A stretch of DNA of 63,728 nucleotides, the filler included, from Welwitschia mirabilis (lineage: Eukaryota): NCBI GenBank assembly GCA_051453625.1. It is 6 parts of one record of this genome, joined end to end, with 100 filler letters (N's around TTAATTAATTAA, not from the genome) between each part and the next. Parts side by side here need not be neighbours in the genome. Positions count along the whole stretch, not along the records: positions 1 to 22,578 come from JBOZIK010000001.1; 5 more parts are not named here. One strand, 5' to 3'. Made by a program: the position numbers and the translations under genes. A model generated the notes under the pieces. That model worked only from the letters and a program-made list of their open reading frames with translations, ran no database searches and was not told where the DNA came from. This document shows positions 1 to 11,999 of this stretch, piece after piece. The stretch's first letter is position 1, and every line of letters begins with the position of its first letter.

Positions 1-517
1 CTTCTTTGAGATTCTATTCTATCAGCTTCTTTTCTTTGAGATATTTCTTCTTTAGATTAACTATATCACAACATCCTGCAAGTAGAAAATAGATCAGAAA
101 ATAATAGACCATCATCCTCTCTGCAATATGGACAATGAAAGAAATGACACACACAAAAAAATAGAAAAATAGAGACTAAATTGAAATGCAAACCGAAAAT
201 AGAAAAAATACAGAAAAATGTCTATCATCTATCTTATCATCTAGACATCATAGAAGACGATGGAGTAATTTATTATAGAGAAAAATTAAAATTTGAAAAT
301 AAAAACCAAAAACTAAAATATCACACTATCATCCTATCTATCATGGGATGACAGAGGGGACAAGCACACATTTTAATAGCAAACTAAAACCGAAAAAATT
401 GAAACTAAAACAAAGCACATAAAAAACTTATAGATTTAATAAAATACAATGCTAAATAAACAAATAACTGAAATACTTATTTGAATGATGACAACCTTTG
501 TACTCCTTGATAGCCTT

Positions 518-534
518 TCCCAGCAATGGTGCCA
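518..534 (-). promoter_or_regulatory. Primer-binding site, Athila type
   Basis: Minus strand reads TGGCACCATTGCTGGGA, 3 nt from the LTR end. It resembles the Athila PBS consensus TGGCGCCGTTGCCGGGGA with CpG decay. Confidence 0.7.
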
Positions 535-537
535 ATT

Positions 538-1619
538 TGTTGCGGTGTGTATTTATGCACGCTTTTACATTTAAATATATTTTATCATTAATAATTAAAA
601 TAGAAATTTAAGCATAATACAACATAATAATATAATGGGAGTGATCCAAAATATCATATCTTATTAAAGTCTATCTGTAAAAAGACTCAGGTTGCTTTTG
701 CAAATAATCTTGGTAACCAAAAATAATGAATAACAATGCAGGAAATTAAACTATCATGCAAAGTGCAAGATGCAATCTAAGCTAATATGCAAATGTAAAA
801 ATGATCTTAATCCTACTTTGCTCTTCAGTCCTAATAAGAGATACCTTTGATAATATATATCACCCAAGAAATTGTCATTAGATTTTGGGTAACATTAGAC
901 TATAAGGGATATAAGAAATTTTATAATGTAAATAATACAAACATGTAAAGAAAACCAAGACTTATATTAAAATAGTAATGTTCATACAGGTTAGAAAATA
1001 GTCAAGTCTCAATAAAAAATACTCAGCCCTCTACCAAGTACTCATCTTTCTATAACTCATAGAGATGGATCTCCCACCCTTTGCTCTTCTGTCATGAAAA
1101 TCTCTAGTGCATCGAAGATGGAAAGGAGAGTAGAAGGGGGCCTTATTTATAGGAAAATACAACAGTAACGGATAGACAGAAGGTGCAGTTACACACGCTC
1201 ATTTAGCGCTCAGAAGCGCACGAAACAATTGAGAGAATCTATTAGTGACAGTTACGTGACACTGTCGTCCGGGCTGTCGTCCAGACGACATGGGAGACGA
1301 CAGACTGTTAACAAAATATTTCAAAAGCGATGACTCCGCATTCCACCTAGGCAGTCGTCGTCCTGCCTATCGTGTGGATGACGGATGGGACGACGGTCTT
1401 TTTTAATGTCTTTCTTGAGGAGAAACTTAGCCGATTTGTCATAAAAAGCTCTATTAACCGGAAAGTGCCTTAAATGTATCAAATTTGGATAATATCTACA
1501 CTTTTCCGAGATTTCCTCTTGCATCTCGAAAATCCTTAGATTTGCACTAAAACCTGTATAAAAGTCCAGCAAAACAACTCATAAATCCCATCAAATAACC
1601 GTAAATTGGCGGCGCAACA
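538..1619 (-). mobile_element. 5' LTR of an Athila-like Ty3/gypsy element whose body runs off the left edge of the window
   Basis: Inverted termini TGTTGCG (538) ... CGCAACA (1619). A PBS is adjacent on the minus strand. Homologous LTR pieces occur at 51887, 58227 and 62512. Confidence 0.75.
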
Positions 1620-1922
1620 AATATCTTCATTCCTAATTTCATCAATTTCAATTTTGCTGTTATTTCTAAATTTTGTCAATGATATTCAAACCATAAATTA
1701 CTGTCTAAATAATTTTTTGTTTGCATGACAATATTTTCTCTTTTAGTTCTGGCACAAGATATTTTTCTATTGTTAATTCACATGGACATAATTTCCTGTC
1801 TAGGCAGATCAAACTTTATATCTGCATAAAAATATTTTATCTTCCACCTGTACATTAAAATTGGGAGAGATAAAAGTCATTTTAGTCAATTTCAAAAGTG
1901 ATTAAAGTCATAACAATAGTTT

Positions 1923-1940
1923 TGGCATGCCCACTAGGAC
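1923..1940 (+). promoter_or_regulatory. Primer-binding site, Tat/Ogre type
   Basis: TGGCATGCCCACTAGGAC shortly after ...TAACA (1915). It resembles the TGGCACGCCCAGTGGGAC-type PBS of Tat/Ogre elements. Confidence 0.6.
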
Positions 1941-2506
1941 AGGATTGTCAAAGACCTTAGGAAATGTTGCTCAAAACAAGAAACTTTCCAGACATGATAA
2001 TTAGAGAAGAGTATATAGCTATCATCTCATAAGCGCATTTCAATATCAAGAAATATTGGAAACCTTCTTTGCTTCACAACAAAGAAAGTGTTAGAAGAGA
2101 GCAAGGTTCAATCTAGGTTTGCAAGGAGAAACCTCTCTAGCAGATATCAATCCTTTTGAGATAGAAAACCAAGAGAGAGAAGATGAAGAAACTGTAGATT
2201 CAGAAGACGAGGACTACAAAAAGATCCTTAGTACTTTAAAGTCAAATCACAAACTAGCAAGTAAGTTTAAAGAGAATATTATTGATGATATAGAATTAAA
2301 ATCATTCATAGCTACATGTAAAAAGGATTCAAAAAATCTAGATGACATGATTCAGGAAGAAATTGAGAAATTAAGGAAAAATGTCTTTAAAATCATGTTA
2401 TATGAACTTTACATAACTTTATTAATTCACCAGCGTTCGATAAAGCAACAATATGGCAAGCCATTAATTCCATTAAGAAGTCTTTACAATAGAAGGATGT
2501 CATAAC

Positions 2507-3459
2507 TGTTGAGAACATGTCTATTTCAATGATGAAGACGACAAAATTATTTCCAGGTCGAAGTCACAGCTCAATCTTGAAGAGCAAAATCAGTCAAGTA
2601 AACTCAGCAAAATTTGGAAAATATACCGGGACGTCCAACCATTGTCCTCGGGACGTCCGACCCTGTAATCGGTAAAATATACCGGGACGTCCGACCATCA
2701 GCCTTGGGACGTCCAACCTTGTAATTGGTAAAATATATCGAGACGTCTGGCTATCAACCTTGGGACGTCTGACCCTGTAATTGGTACATATATACTGGGA
2801 CGTCCGACTTCCTTCTCGGGATGTCCGAGCCTGTTTCAGAATACCTGTAAAATCCCGATTAAAATTGGGACGTCCGACCTTTTATCTTGGGATGTCCGAC
2901 AGACTATCCGTTGACGCGCGGAAATAAGCAAAGATGAATGTTGGGCACTCCTATCAAAGCGCAAACGGCTAAGAAATGGTCTGGCATGGCCCTGTAACCT
3001 ATATAAGGGTTCCTAGAAGTGTCTCCTCAATGTAACATCTATAAATATGTCTTTCATAGATACCTAGAAGATCTAATTGTTATGCAAAAAGAGAGAACTT
3101 ACTTCTGTTGTGATAAGGAGAACTATTCTGCTCCAAACTGATGTAAATCAACTTCTCTACTTGTATGTCTTGCTGATGTATCAAAGCTAGGAGGCTTACA
3201 AATCATCAGATCATTCTTTTTANNNNNNNNNNNNNNNNNNNNNNNNNNNNNNNNNNNNNNNNNNNNNNNNNNNNNNNNNNNNNNNNNNNNNNNNNNNNNN
3301 NNNNNNNNNNNNNNNNNNNNNNAGAGCCGAACCACTATAAATCGGTAAAGTGCATTTGTTGTATTGTATTTTGAATTCATCTGTTAAGTTTAATTTGTTT
3401 TGTAAAAAGTTTTAAGAACCCTATTCACCCCCCTTCTAGGGTTTTTGGTGATCCTAACA
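2507..3459 (+). mobile_element. Solo LTR of a Sirevirus-like copia family, inserted in the gypsy gag
   Basis: Termini TGTTG...TAACA with 5-bp TSD ATAAC at 2502-2506 and 3460-3464. Contains GGACGTCC repeat motifs, TATA-like CTATATAAGG near 3000, and the C-rich CCCTATTCACCCCCCTTCTAG motif near the 3' end. Confidence 0.85.
2615..2905. repeat. Array of palindromic GGGACGTCC(G/A)ACC motifs inside the solo LTR
   Basis: About ten copies of GGACGTCC/GGATGTCC, partly arranged in ~56-bp higher-order units (AAAATATACCGGGACGTCC...TTGGGACGTCC...CTGTAATTGGT). Confidence 0.85.
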
Positions 3460-5344
3460 ATAACACTTTCTAACGTTACTGATTCCCCCATACATCCTTT
3501 GACCCTAAGGTGAAAGCCACAATCATATGAAGTACCTGAATTTGACAAATTTATCAGAAGTCAGGATCCACATATTCTCTTCTATAATTTTAACTACACC
3601 TGCTATCTACTTGAAATAGATCAGAATACAGTAACTCATCTTTCTAGCAGGTCCTTCTCTGGACCAGCTTTAGAGTGGTACCACTATCTTCCTAGACATT
3701 CTATTTCTAGCCTTACTGAGATATTTGATTGATTCCTCAAGCACCATGCAATTACCCATCCACATAGAATAGAGTTAGATGCACTTAGAAGCTTAAGACA
3801 ATGCAATGATGAGAGGACCCTAGACTTTACTAGGAAATGAAAATATGCAGCCTTGCAGCTGGAACCCATGATATGTGAATCAGACATGACTGTTTTGCAC
3901 AGGCTTGTCTACCTTATGTTTTAGATCACTTGCTTGTGTTTGAACATGACGATTTAGACAAAGTCATTGATGCTGCCATTAGAATAGTGGATTTAGGAAA
4001 GAGAAAGGAAAATTGAAGGCTACACAAAAACCAAAATTTAGGAAAGATTTAGGATCCAAATCCAATTCAAAAACAATTTCTGTGGTCTCAACAAAGAAAC
4101 AACTTGAACAATCTCTACCACCTATGCAAGTTAACAATCGGACATTTCAACCTAAATTGAACTTTGAAAAGTCACTTAGACATCAAAGGACTTTTACATA
4201 ATTAGATATCCCCTTGTTTCAGATCTTTCCCACGTTATGGGCAATGGGGCAACTGAGCTTCCCACTCCTAAACAATATGACTCAAATTCGCGTAAGCCTA
4301 AATGGTATGATGACAGTAAATATTCTCAGTATCATAAAATGAAAGGAAATGACACAGATTCTTGTTGGAACTTACAACATATTGTCCAGAATATTTTAGA
4401 AAATAATCGTTGTGATATCAAGTTTAATAACCCACTGGCAACACCAAATGGAAAGCTTCAAATCTTTAATACACTATTTCTCCAAGATTCACCTTCCTTA
4501 TCTCAACCTCAAAAGGCTATGGTTAATGTTGATTTTGATGGTTATATCCTTTGCATGGTTAACGCTAGTCCTCCAGACATCATTGAGCTAAATAAAGAAA
4601 AACTAGAACATTTAGTCATGCAGGTCTAACAGACAAGAGCCTATTGATTTGTTCAGGACATAAACCAAAGCTAAAAGAGCAACATAACCAATTGGCAACT
4701 TTTAAACAGGCATTATATGAGCTTAGTTCCGAAATTCAAGAAAGTCAGAACTTGACAGACAAACCTAAAAATAAGATAATTCAATCAAGTCCCAAAAACT
4801 AGATTGTTTCCACGCATGAAGAAGTTCCTACTGTACAGAAAACATTAGCAGTTAGTGATCCTTTCATGATCATAATAAATGTANNNNNNNNNNNNNNNNN
4901 NNNNNNNNNNNNNNNNNNNNNNNNNNNNNNNNNNNNNNNNNNNNNNNNNNNNNNNNNNNNNNNNNNNNNNNNNNNNNNNNNNNNNNNNNNNNNNNNNNNN
5001 NNNNNNNNNNNNNNNNNNNNNNNNNNNNNNNNNNNNNNNNNNNNNNNNNNNNNNNNNNNNNNNNNNNNNNNNNNNNNNNNNNNNNNNNNNNNNNNNNNNN
5101 NNNNNNNNNNNNNNNNNNNNNNNNNNNNNNNNNNNNNNNNNNNNNNNNNNNNNNNNNNNNNNNNNNNNNNNNNNNNNNNNNNNNNNNNNNNNNNNNNNNN
5201 NNNNNNNNNNNNNNNNNNNNNNNNNNNNNNNNNNNNNNNNNNNNNNNNNNNNNNNNNNNNNNNNNNNNNNNNNNNNNNNNNNNNNNNNNNNNNNNNNNNN
5301 NNNNNNNNNNNNNNNNNNNNNNNNNNNNNNNNNNNNNNNNNNNT

Positions 5345-5640
5345 CCTTCCATGATCATAGTAAATGTAGGAGACATTAAAATAAAGAGGGCACTTATAGA
5401 CTGTGGAGCAGAACTAAACATTATAACTTAGGCCTATTTAAAAGCACTCACAATAGAACATATGGTAAACCAAGTTAAAACACTTTCAATCAGAGGTTTT
5501 GATAATATGCCAAAATCTACCTTGGGGACTGTTACAGTAGACATTAACATAGGGAAACTCACGCAGCGAACAATTTTCCATGCTATTGAGTCTAGTTCTT
5601 CATTTAATTCACTCCTTGGAAGGCCCTTGATATGTGAAAC
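5345..5640 (+). pseudogene. Retrotransposon aspartic protease remnant
   Basis: MIIVNVGDIKIKRALIDCGAELNII followed by IRGFDN..STLGTVTVDINIG..FHAIESSSSFNSLLGRP, a gypsy protease layout. Confidence 0.8.
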
Positions 5641-6092
5641 AGGAGCTGTAATTTCAATGAAACATCTCAAATTCCAACAAAACATAGAATCAAAGGCAAA
5701 TTTAAAACGAATTTCACACATTGCAACTGTATCAGCAAAAACTGAAAAAAAAGATATAAAGTCTAAACAGAGGGTCATTCCATTTATTCTTGTCAGAGAA
5801 ATACCACTGGAACTAAACAGGTTAATCCTACAGGAGGTTAAAGACTGCCAACTACTGTACATTTTTACTGATGTAGCTTACACTAAATAGATCCATCTTT
5901 TTCCTTTTAAAACAAAATAAGGAACAGTAATAGGCATCAGACCAAGAAAGTACTTCGGATAAAGTTAAGAACAAAACGCAAAAGTTCACCCCTTCTTCTC
6001 TTGCACTTTCTCCTTTGTATCAATAAAGTCTTCTTACGGAAAAAGAAAAGAAAAGAAAAGTTTCCTACTATGTAGAATAGAGTTACATAAAA

Positions 6093-6656
6093 TTAGTACT
6101 CTTTATTGAAAAAAAAACTATTATTATTTTTTGGGATCTCACAAGTTAGGATCATCACGTTTGCATTCATAAAGAAATAGTAGCATTGATACAAACTTTC
6201 TTTCTTCCTTAATGTCTCAAGTTCTTCACAATGTTCAGAGATCTCTTTATCTTTCTTCTTCATATCCAACCACTTGCTCTTATGTACTAGCAAGATTGTC
6301 TAGTCTTCTTCCAATTTAATAATTAATCTTTTCAGGCCATTGATCATCCTATCGAATTGAGCCAATTGGAGATCTTTATCCACCTTTTCATTCACAAGGG
6401 TCATGGTATGCCCTAGCAAATGTTTAGTTGCATTGAAGAAACTTTTTCCAAGAAGACATTCTTTCAGATGAATAAACTCAAGTGCTTCTAGTGCAAGCTC
6501 TTCATTTGTTTGTCTCAAAAACATGTTTTGCTTCCTCAAATCAGAAGACTTTTTCTCCACTTCAGCTTTGTAGAAGCCTAAACGTTCATAATTACATAAC
6601 AATCTGAACAATGTCTTAAACACTGATTCAACTAAATCTGTCATTCTTACAATCAA
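6093..6656 (-). pseudogene. Coiled-coil-like C-terminal part of the antisense accessory gene (broken)
   Basis: Same-strand ORFs 6300-6656 and 6093-6293 are in the same frame, separated by one stop, and rich in E/K/L heptads. Confidence 0.4.
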
Positions 6657-7304
6657 TCAGTTCTTTGAAGTGCTTTTCCCACAGCCATCTGTAAGCCCAT
6701 CTATGCTCAGATCTCATATCTATCTCAAAATTGGGCTCCTCGTCAAAGATCTTGCCAAGCTGTATACCTAAATATAATAATTAAGCTTTAGGTCAAATGA
6801 ATTTTCTACCAGAAATATAAACCAACATAAAAACTGTAATTCTTTCATACTTTCAGTGTTTCAATGGTGAAGAGAAAATATACTTTGTCTTCTTCTAATG
6901 CCACACTCTTGAATAATTCCTTTTCTAATTCATTCCCAAAAAAAAAAAAAAAAAGCAAATTTCCCCCGGGTTTGGGGGGCATTTAAGATTCAAGTTTAAA
7001 CCTTAAAAGCGTTACCTAGTATAGCAATGTTTCACATTACATTTTCTAGCCTCTCCAACACAGCAGTGGCATTACCAGGAGTCAATTTCTGGTCCTCTTG
7101 TTTAACTTCTATTTGGACTCCCATTTAGCAATGTGCTCGTCATTTGCTGTTATTGTCTTGGTTGAGCTTGGGGATTTAGTCCCTGCCTTTTTCAATTCCT
7201 CCTTTTCATTTAGGGAAAAGGATCTCACATATTAGTCTCTATAACTTTTGTCACTTAAATTCAGTATTTGAACCACCTTTTGTCAGCACAGCCAATGCCA
7301 TCTT

Positions 7305-7919
7305 TCAGAGGTTATCTTCCTTGAAAAATCTGCAAATTGTTGCAATCATTACTTGGAAAAGCACATTCAAGTGGAAATCATACATGAATTTATAACCCTC
7401 AGCTTTTTGCATGTTACAGAAACAATCAAACATTATTTTCCTCAGCCATGACCACCAAGAAAAACCCTTGTCGTTATTTAGCATTTCATGTAAATGGAAG
7501 AAAACCCAAGGTGGAATTCCAGATGAACCCAATCTGTCGTGCCTGCTTATCCTTGCATAGAATGCATTGAGGAGCCCCGCATCTGAATATTTGTTAGGTT
7601 CTTGATAGTAAAAATACATCTTTGCAATTTCCTTTGCCCTAGACATGACTGTTTTAATTTTAATATCCCCCTTATCTTTCAAGTGAAAAGTTTCTTTCAA
7701 GAGATCGAATTTGACCGACCATGCCCTATTGTTCCAAGTGAAATCTGTGATTCCTTTGGAAGGATTGAATGAATGGATCATGTCATTAACACCCAATTCA
7801 TACATGAGGTTCACACCTTTCAACTTAAATAAGTGGTATAGCCCAGATTCTTCTAATGCCTTTTGCCATTTTGGACTTGGTTCCAACCCTTCTTCAAGTC
7901 TCCTCACATCAAACTCCAC
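7305..7919 (-). CDS. Antisense accessory ORF (204 aa, open a short distance further upstream) inside the Tat/Ogre-like element; tentatively resembles the 'putative plant transposon protein'/PMD-like accessory domains
   Basis: ORF track gives LEESGLYHLFKL..LGVNDMIHSF..FDLLKETFHL..G..FSWWSWLRKIMF..FMYDFHLNVLF. It is an unusually long stop-free frame within decayed DNA. Confidence 0.5.
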   Translation of the reverse strand: MEFDVRRLEEGLEPSPKWQKALEESGLYHLFKLKGVNLMYELGVNDMIHSFNPSKGITDFTWNNRAWSVKFDLLKETFHLKDKGDIKIKTVMSRAKEIAKMYFYYQEPNKYSDAGLLNAFYARISRHDRLGSSGIPPWVFFHLHEMLNNDKGFSWWSWLRKIMFDCFCNMQKAEGYKFMYDFHLNVLFQVMIATICRFFKEDNL

Positions 7920-8244
7920 TCGCCCTCTTTTGTGGCCTCTAATGATGTCTTTTGATGAAGTTTTGTTCTTGTGTTTTTAAGAAGAACATGGACTTTCAGG
8001 CTCAATTTTTATTTTCTTCAAAATTGTTTTGGCATAGTCCTTCTTTGTCCATGGCCTTAGATGCCTCGACGTTCTTTATTTCTTAGCATTAATCGAAAGC
8101 TTAGACTCATAATCTTTCTAGTACCTGTAAGGCTGTAACCTTGAGTACTTTCCTGTATTGATTCTATCCTTATAACCCTCAATTGGGTTATTCTTCTGTC
8201 TTGCCCATGGAATTCCACTTATTATCACGAAAACAAAACTACAC

Positions 8245-8280
<36 letters not shown>
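8245..8280. repeat. (AG)n microsatellite
   Basis: Direct reading of an AG run, which is a CT-rich tract upstream of the minus-strand ORF. Confidence 0.95.
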
Positions 8281-8286
<6 letters not shown>

Positions 8287-10499
8287 GGAAAAAAAAAAGA
8301 AACTAGATTATTTGGTGAACATATGTGGAACTCTACCTCAAAATGAAAATCCTAACCCTAGCTCGAAATGCTTGAATCGGACTTAAGTCTATATTCCATT
8401 CCCCCACTCCCCAAAACTAAAAGAAGGAAACGCAATAAACACGAACCTTAATTTCCATTGATGCATTTGGTGGCCTCTTTTGCTGTCACCGAACTATTTT
8501 CAGCCTTTGCAACGCTGTCTCTGACAACTACACTTGCATTTGTCACTTTTGCTGCACCTGACATCTTTTTTTCCTACTATTGCGTGAAAATCAGATCTGT
8601 GGAAAGACACCCGGTTTATTTTAGTCAGTGTGTCATTTTAACATTCACTCTGTTTTCTTGTGACATCTTAGACTACATGTTTGTGACATGCGTCAAGTCA
8701 TATTAAACTTTAAACATGGAGTGTATTGTTAATTATTACAGAACATTGTGTCGCATGTCATTTACTTTTATACTTTCTTAACTTACAAAAGGTGATTGCG
8801 AAATGATAAAATCACTATGATGACCGTTCATTTTTTAGTATGAAGGGATTAACCATGTATGTGATTTTGATCCCAAACTCGTTTCTTTAAAAAATGGAAA
8901 CAACTTTGATGAGCATCCTAATTTTCAACAATGTTCAATTGTTATAGAAAACCCTTATCAAGAAATGAAAAATCAGAACGCAAAATCATCTCTCTTTAAT
9001 CAACAAGATGTTGACATTTCAAACATAAAAGTAAACCCTAATGATTCTTCACAAACATTGAAATTGAATCAACACCGCCTTGCACAATTGAAAGTTGAAC
9101 TCGAACAAGTTCTAGTTCAAAAGAAAGACATCTTCACCTGTTTATATAGGGATATGCCTGGCATAGACAAATCTATTGTCACACATAATATTGTCTTAAG
9201 AAAAGATGCAGTTCCAATTAAAATGAGGATTAGGAAATTGAATCCATAAATAGTGTTACCATAAAGGAAGATCTTGAAAAGCTGCTAACTGCGGGATTTA
9301 TTAGACCTATTCATTATTCTGAATGCATTTCAAACATTGTTATTGTTATGGGAAAAAAACAGAAGCATTTGTATTTGCAGAGATTTTCGAGATCTCAACA
9401 CAGTAGATAAACAGGTAGTTGACGCAAGAAGGTAGCATGTTTGAAGCACAGTTGCTTTGAGAGCTGAAACCGGACAATGGCTGTGAAACCTGTGTAGCAG
9501 AACATGCTTCGAATGTACAACACATGGAAGAGAGGAGGTTGTCATAGCAATAGAAGTTACCAGCATCATACTGAAAGCATTGCATGTTCTTGGCATTCAA
9601 AGTCATATCCTTTGTGTGGTAAAATCTTTGTATCATTTCCAATGAGATGACCTTTTACCAGAAACCACCCAATTTCATAAACTCATCTCTATTCTAAACC
9701 CTTTTTCCTTTGCTTGTTTTCAAGGCAGGTCATTTATTGCCTTCTGAATTTGTAACATAAAAAAATAATAAGACTCTTTTGTGTGGGGTGAGCAGAGAGA
9801 TTGGGGTGCTTGTTTTTAACCCTTCACATTAGTCATTAGAGAAAAAGCACTTTAAGAAGCTAAAATTTACTGATTCCCACATGCTCACTTTTAAAGGAGA
9901 AGACAGAAATCTTAAAAGTGGGAAAGTTTGAGGCGCAAGTATCTCAACACATCGCAGTGAGATGAAACACGAGGAATAGTTGATGCTACCTAAAGATGGT
10001 ATTAAACTGTCCAGACTCTTGATTCTTATTCCACGTCTTGGTTGCTTCAATCCTTGGTATGTTCATTCGCATTTCAAATTTTTGAGTGTGAGTGTTGCAC
10101 ATGCATTGTGACCTTAAAGTTAAGGAAGAGGATTGAAGGAAAAATTAAAGATGCCATTAACGTCACAAGGGCGAGGACATAAATTAAATAAATAGTTGTT
10201 GTAATGTAATTTCAAATTTTATTTCAAGATCTTTATTTTGGTTTACTGAATCTTGTTTACAGACTCGCGCTTTTCGAGCAAGCTTCTCGTCAAATATCAA
10301 ATTGCAAACCTATTCTTGCTTATTTGAATCTCAAGCTATAAGCTCCTATTTTCTTGTTGGTAATTTGCAGTATTAAGCTTTGCATATTTCGAGCTTTAAG
10401 ATGCTCTTCTATAAATAAAACTTGAAAGGAAAGTTTTCTTAAAACCAAGTTCCAAGGTCACATTTTCATGCCTTAATGGCATCTTTAATTTGTGCTTCA

Positions 10500-11910
10500 G
10501 GCAAACTAAGATGGAATTCATGTTATTGTGTGAAATTATGTGGGGCTTTGCTTCTACGGCAATTCTAGAGGTGCAAAAGCCAGATGAACTTGAAAAATGG
10601 AAACCAAAAGTTGATATTGTTGTTTCCACAATTGGCTTGTCATTAAGCAATCAAAGGAAGTATGGGATACTCTTAATTCATTATTTGGTCCAGAAATTCC
10701 ATCAGCCTTTATTTCTTTGAAACAACAACTCTTCCATTTAAAGATGGTAAAAGGAAAATGTATTGTGAATCACATAAACAAATTCATTTCTCTGAGGGCT
10801 CAACTAGCAAGCATTAGCAAACCTATTTTAAATGATGATGCTAAAGTAGTTTTGTTAGTAGCATGCCTCCTCACTTCAAAAGTGTGGTGTTCACTCATAA
10901 AAATGCTAATGCTAATCTTCAAGAAGTGATAGTAACTTTTCTTGAAGAAGATAATGACGAAAAAAAGATAAAGTTACACCACTTTATTCTAAAAAGGGTT
11001 TTAAACCAAATCAGTAACCAGGTAAGGGTAAGAATAAGAACACATGATAATGCTTTTATTGCCATCAATTTGGCCATGTCTAGATGAATTGTGAGGAAGA
11101 TGCTAAGGACTTGTTGAATAGTATGGTAAAAAAGCACAATGCCATCATTGTGGTTTAACAGACAAAAATGCATGAAGCTTCAACAAGTTCACCTCCATAG
11201 GAGGATTCAAATTTCTTGTCGTTTTCAGGCAATGCAGTGCAACAATGTACAGTTCTGGAAGCTGTTTGAAAAGTCCAGTTTTGATTGAGTTTTGGGGCCT
11301 AGTTTTGACAAAGTTCTGGAATGTGCACTGATGTGATCAAGTTCTAGTCTTCATTTGCAGATAAATTCAAATTTTTTAGGTAGTATGGGACATCTTATTA
11401 TTTGCAAGTTTGTATGTAAATGTAGACATTTTAACAAGGTGAATTAATCCTTTCAATGATGTTAAGTTCAACACTTACTAAAAATTTTGACATCAAAGGG
11501 AGGGTTGTTGGAAATTTAGCTGACATTACTCGACTAGTTTTTAATAAAATGCACAATGGGAATGCCCACATGTGTATGTGGTAGGAAATTTAGGAATCTG
11601 TTAAAGTTGTTTAGGTCATTTAGAAGTTGTGACATAGAGAAACTTATGCTAGCTTCTTGATTTTGGGGACAATTCATTCTCCAAATTCATTGTAAAAAAA
11701 AAAAATTGTATTTGAAGAAGTGATATGTTTATTAAATTCTTGAGTGAGAGTTTTGTTATTGAATAACTGCTGCACCACGTTTTTGTGCTTGCCTTCTCCT
11801 TGCTTTTGCTGCTATAAGATAATGAAGTTTAGAACTAAGTAGAAGTACAAACATTTAGAACTGAAAAATATTTCAAGTTTGGATAAGGAAAAGCCAGAAA
11901 TTTTCCAATA
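10500..11910 (+). mobile_element. Internally deleted Ty1/copia relic (gag, zinc knuckle, PPT, 3' LTR)
   Basis: UBN2-type gag KQQLFHLKM..NHINKF..LRAQLASI..DDAKVVLL..LPPHF. Zinc knuckle CFYCHQFGHV*MNC near 11050-11090. PPT AAAGGGAGGG precedes TGTTGGAAA (~11506), with TTTCCAATA at ~11902-11910. Confidence 0.6.
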
Positions 11911-11999
11911 ACAGGAAGAGAAAAATTGAGATAGGAAAAGTTGAATTGATTCAAATTGTAAGAAGGTTGAAGTTAGCTATGAAAAGAAGCATTTTAATA

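Larger units (their letters stand above)
1620..9400 (+). mobile_element. Degenerate Tat/Ogre-like Ty3/gypsy retrotransposon (LTR remnant, PBS, gag, protease, long spacer, truncated RT)
   Basis: PBS TGGCATGCCCACTAGGAC at 1923-1940. Gag-like EVPEFDKF near 3530. Protease motif IKRALIDCGAELNI near 5380-5425. RT start DIFTCLYRDMPGIDKSIVTHNI...KLLTAGFIRPIHYS...DFRDLN at 9125-9400. Many stops and frameshifts. Confidence 0.75.

Noticed and set aside
2615-2905. CRISPR-like spaced palindromic repeats
   Set aside because: The context is a plant LTR, the intervening sequences are themselves repeated, and there are no cas genes.
5840-5890. LYIFTDVA as the start of an additional (archaeal-type) RNase H domain after the protease
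   Set aside because: It is a single weak motif followed by a stop, with no further RNase H residues recognisable.
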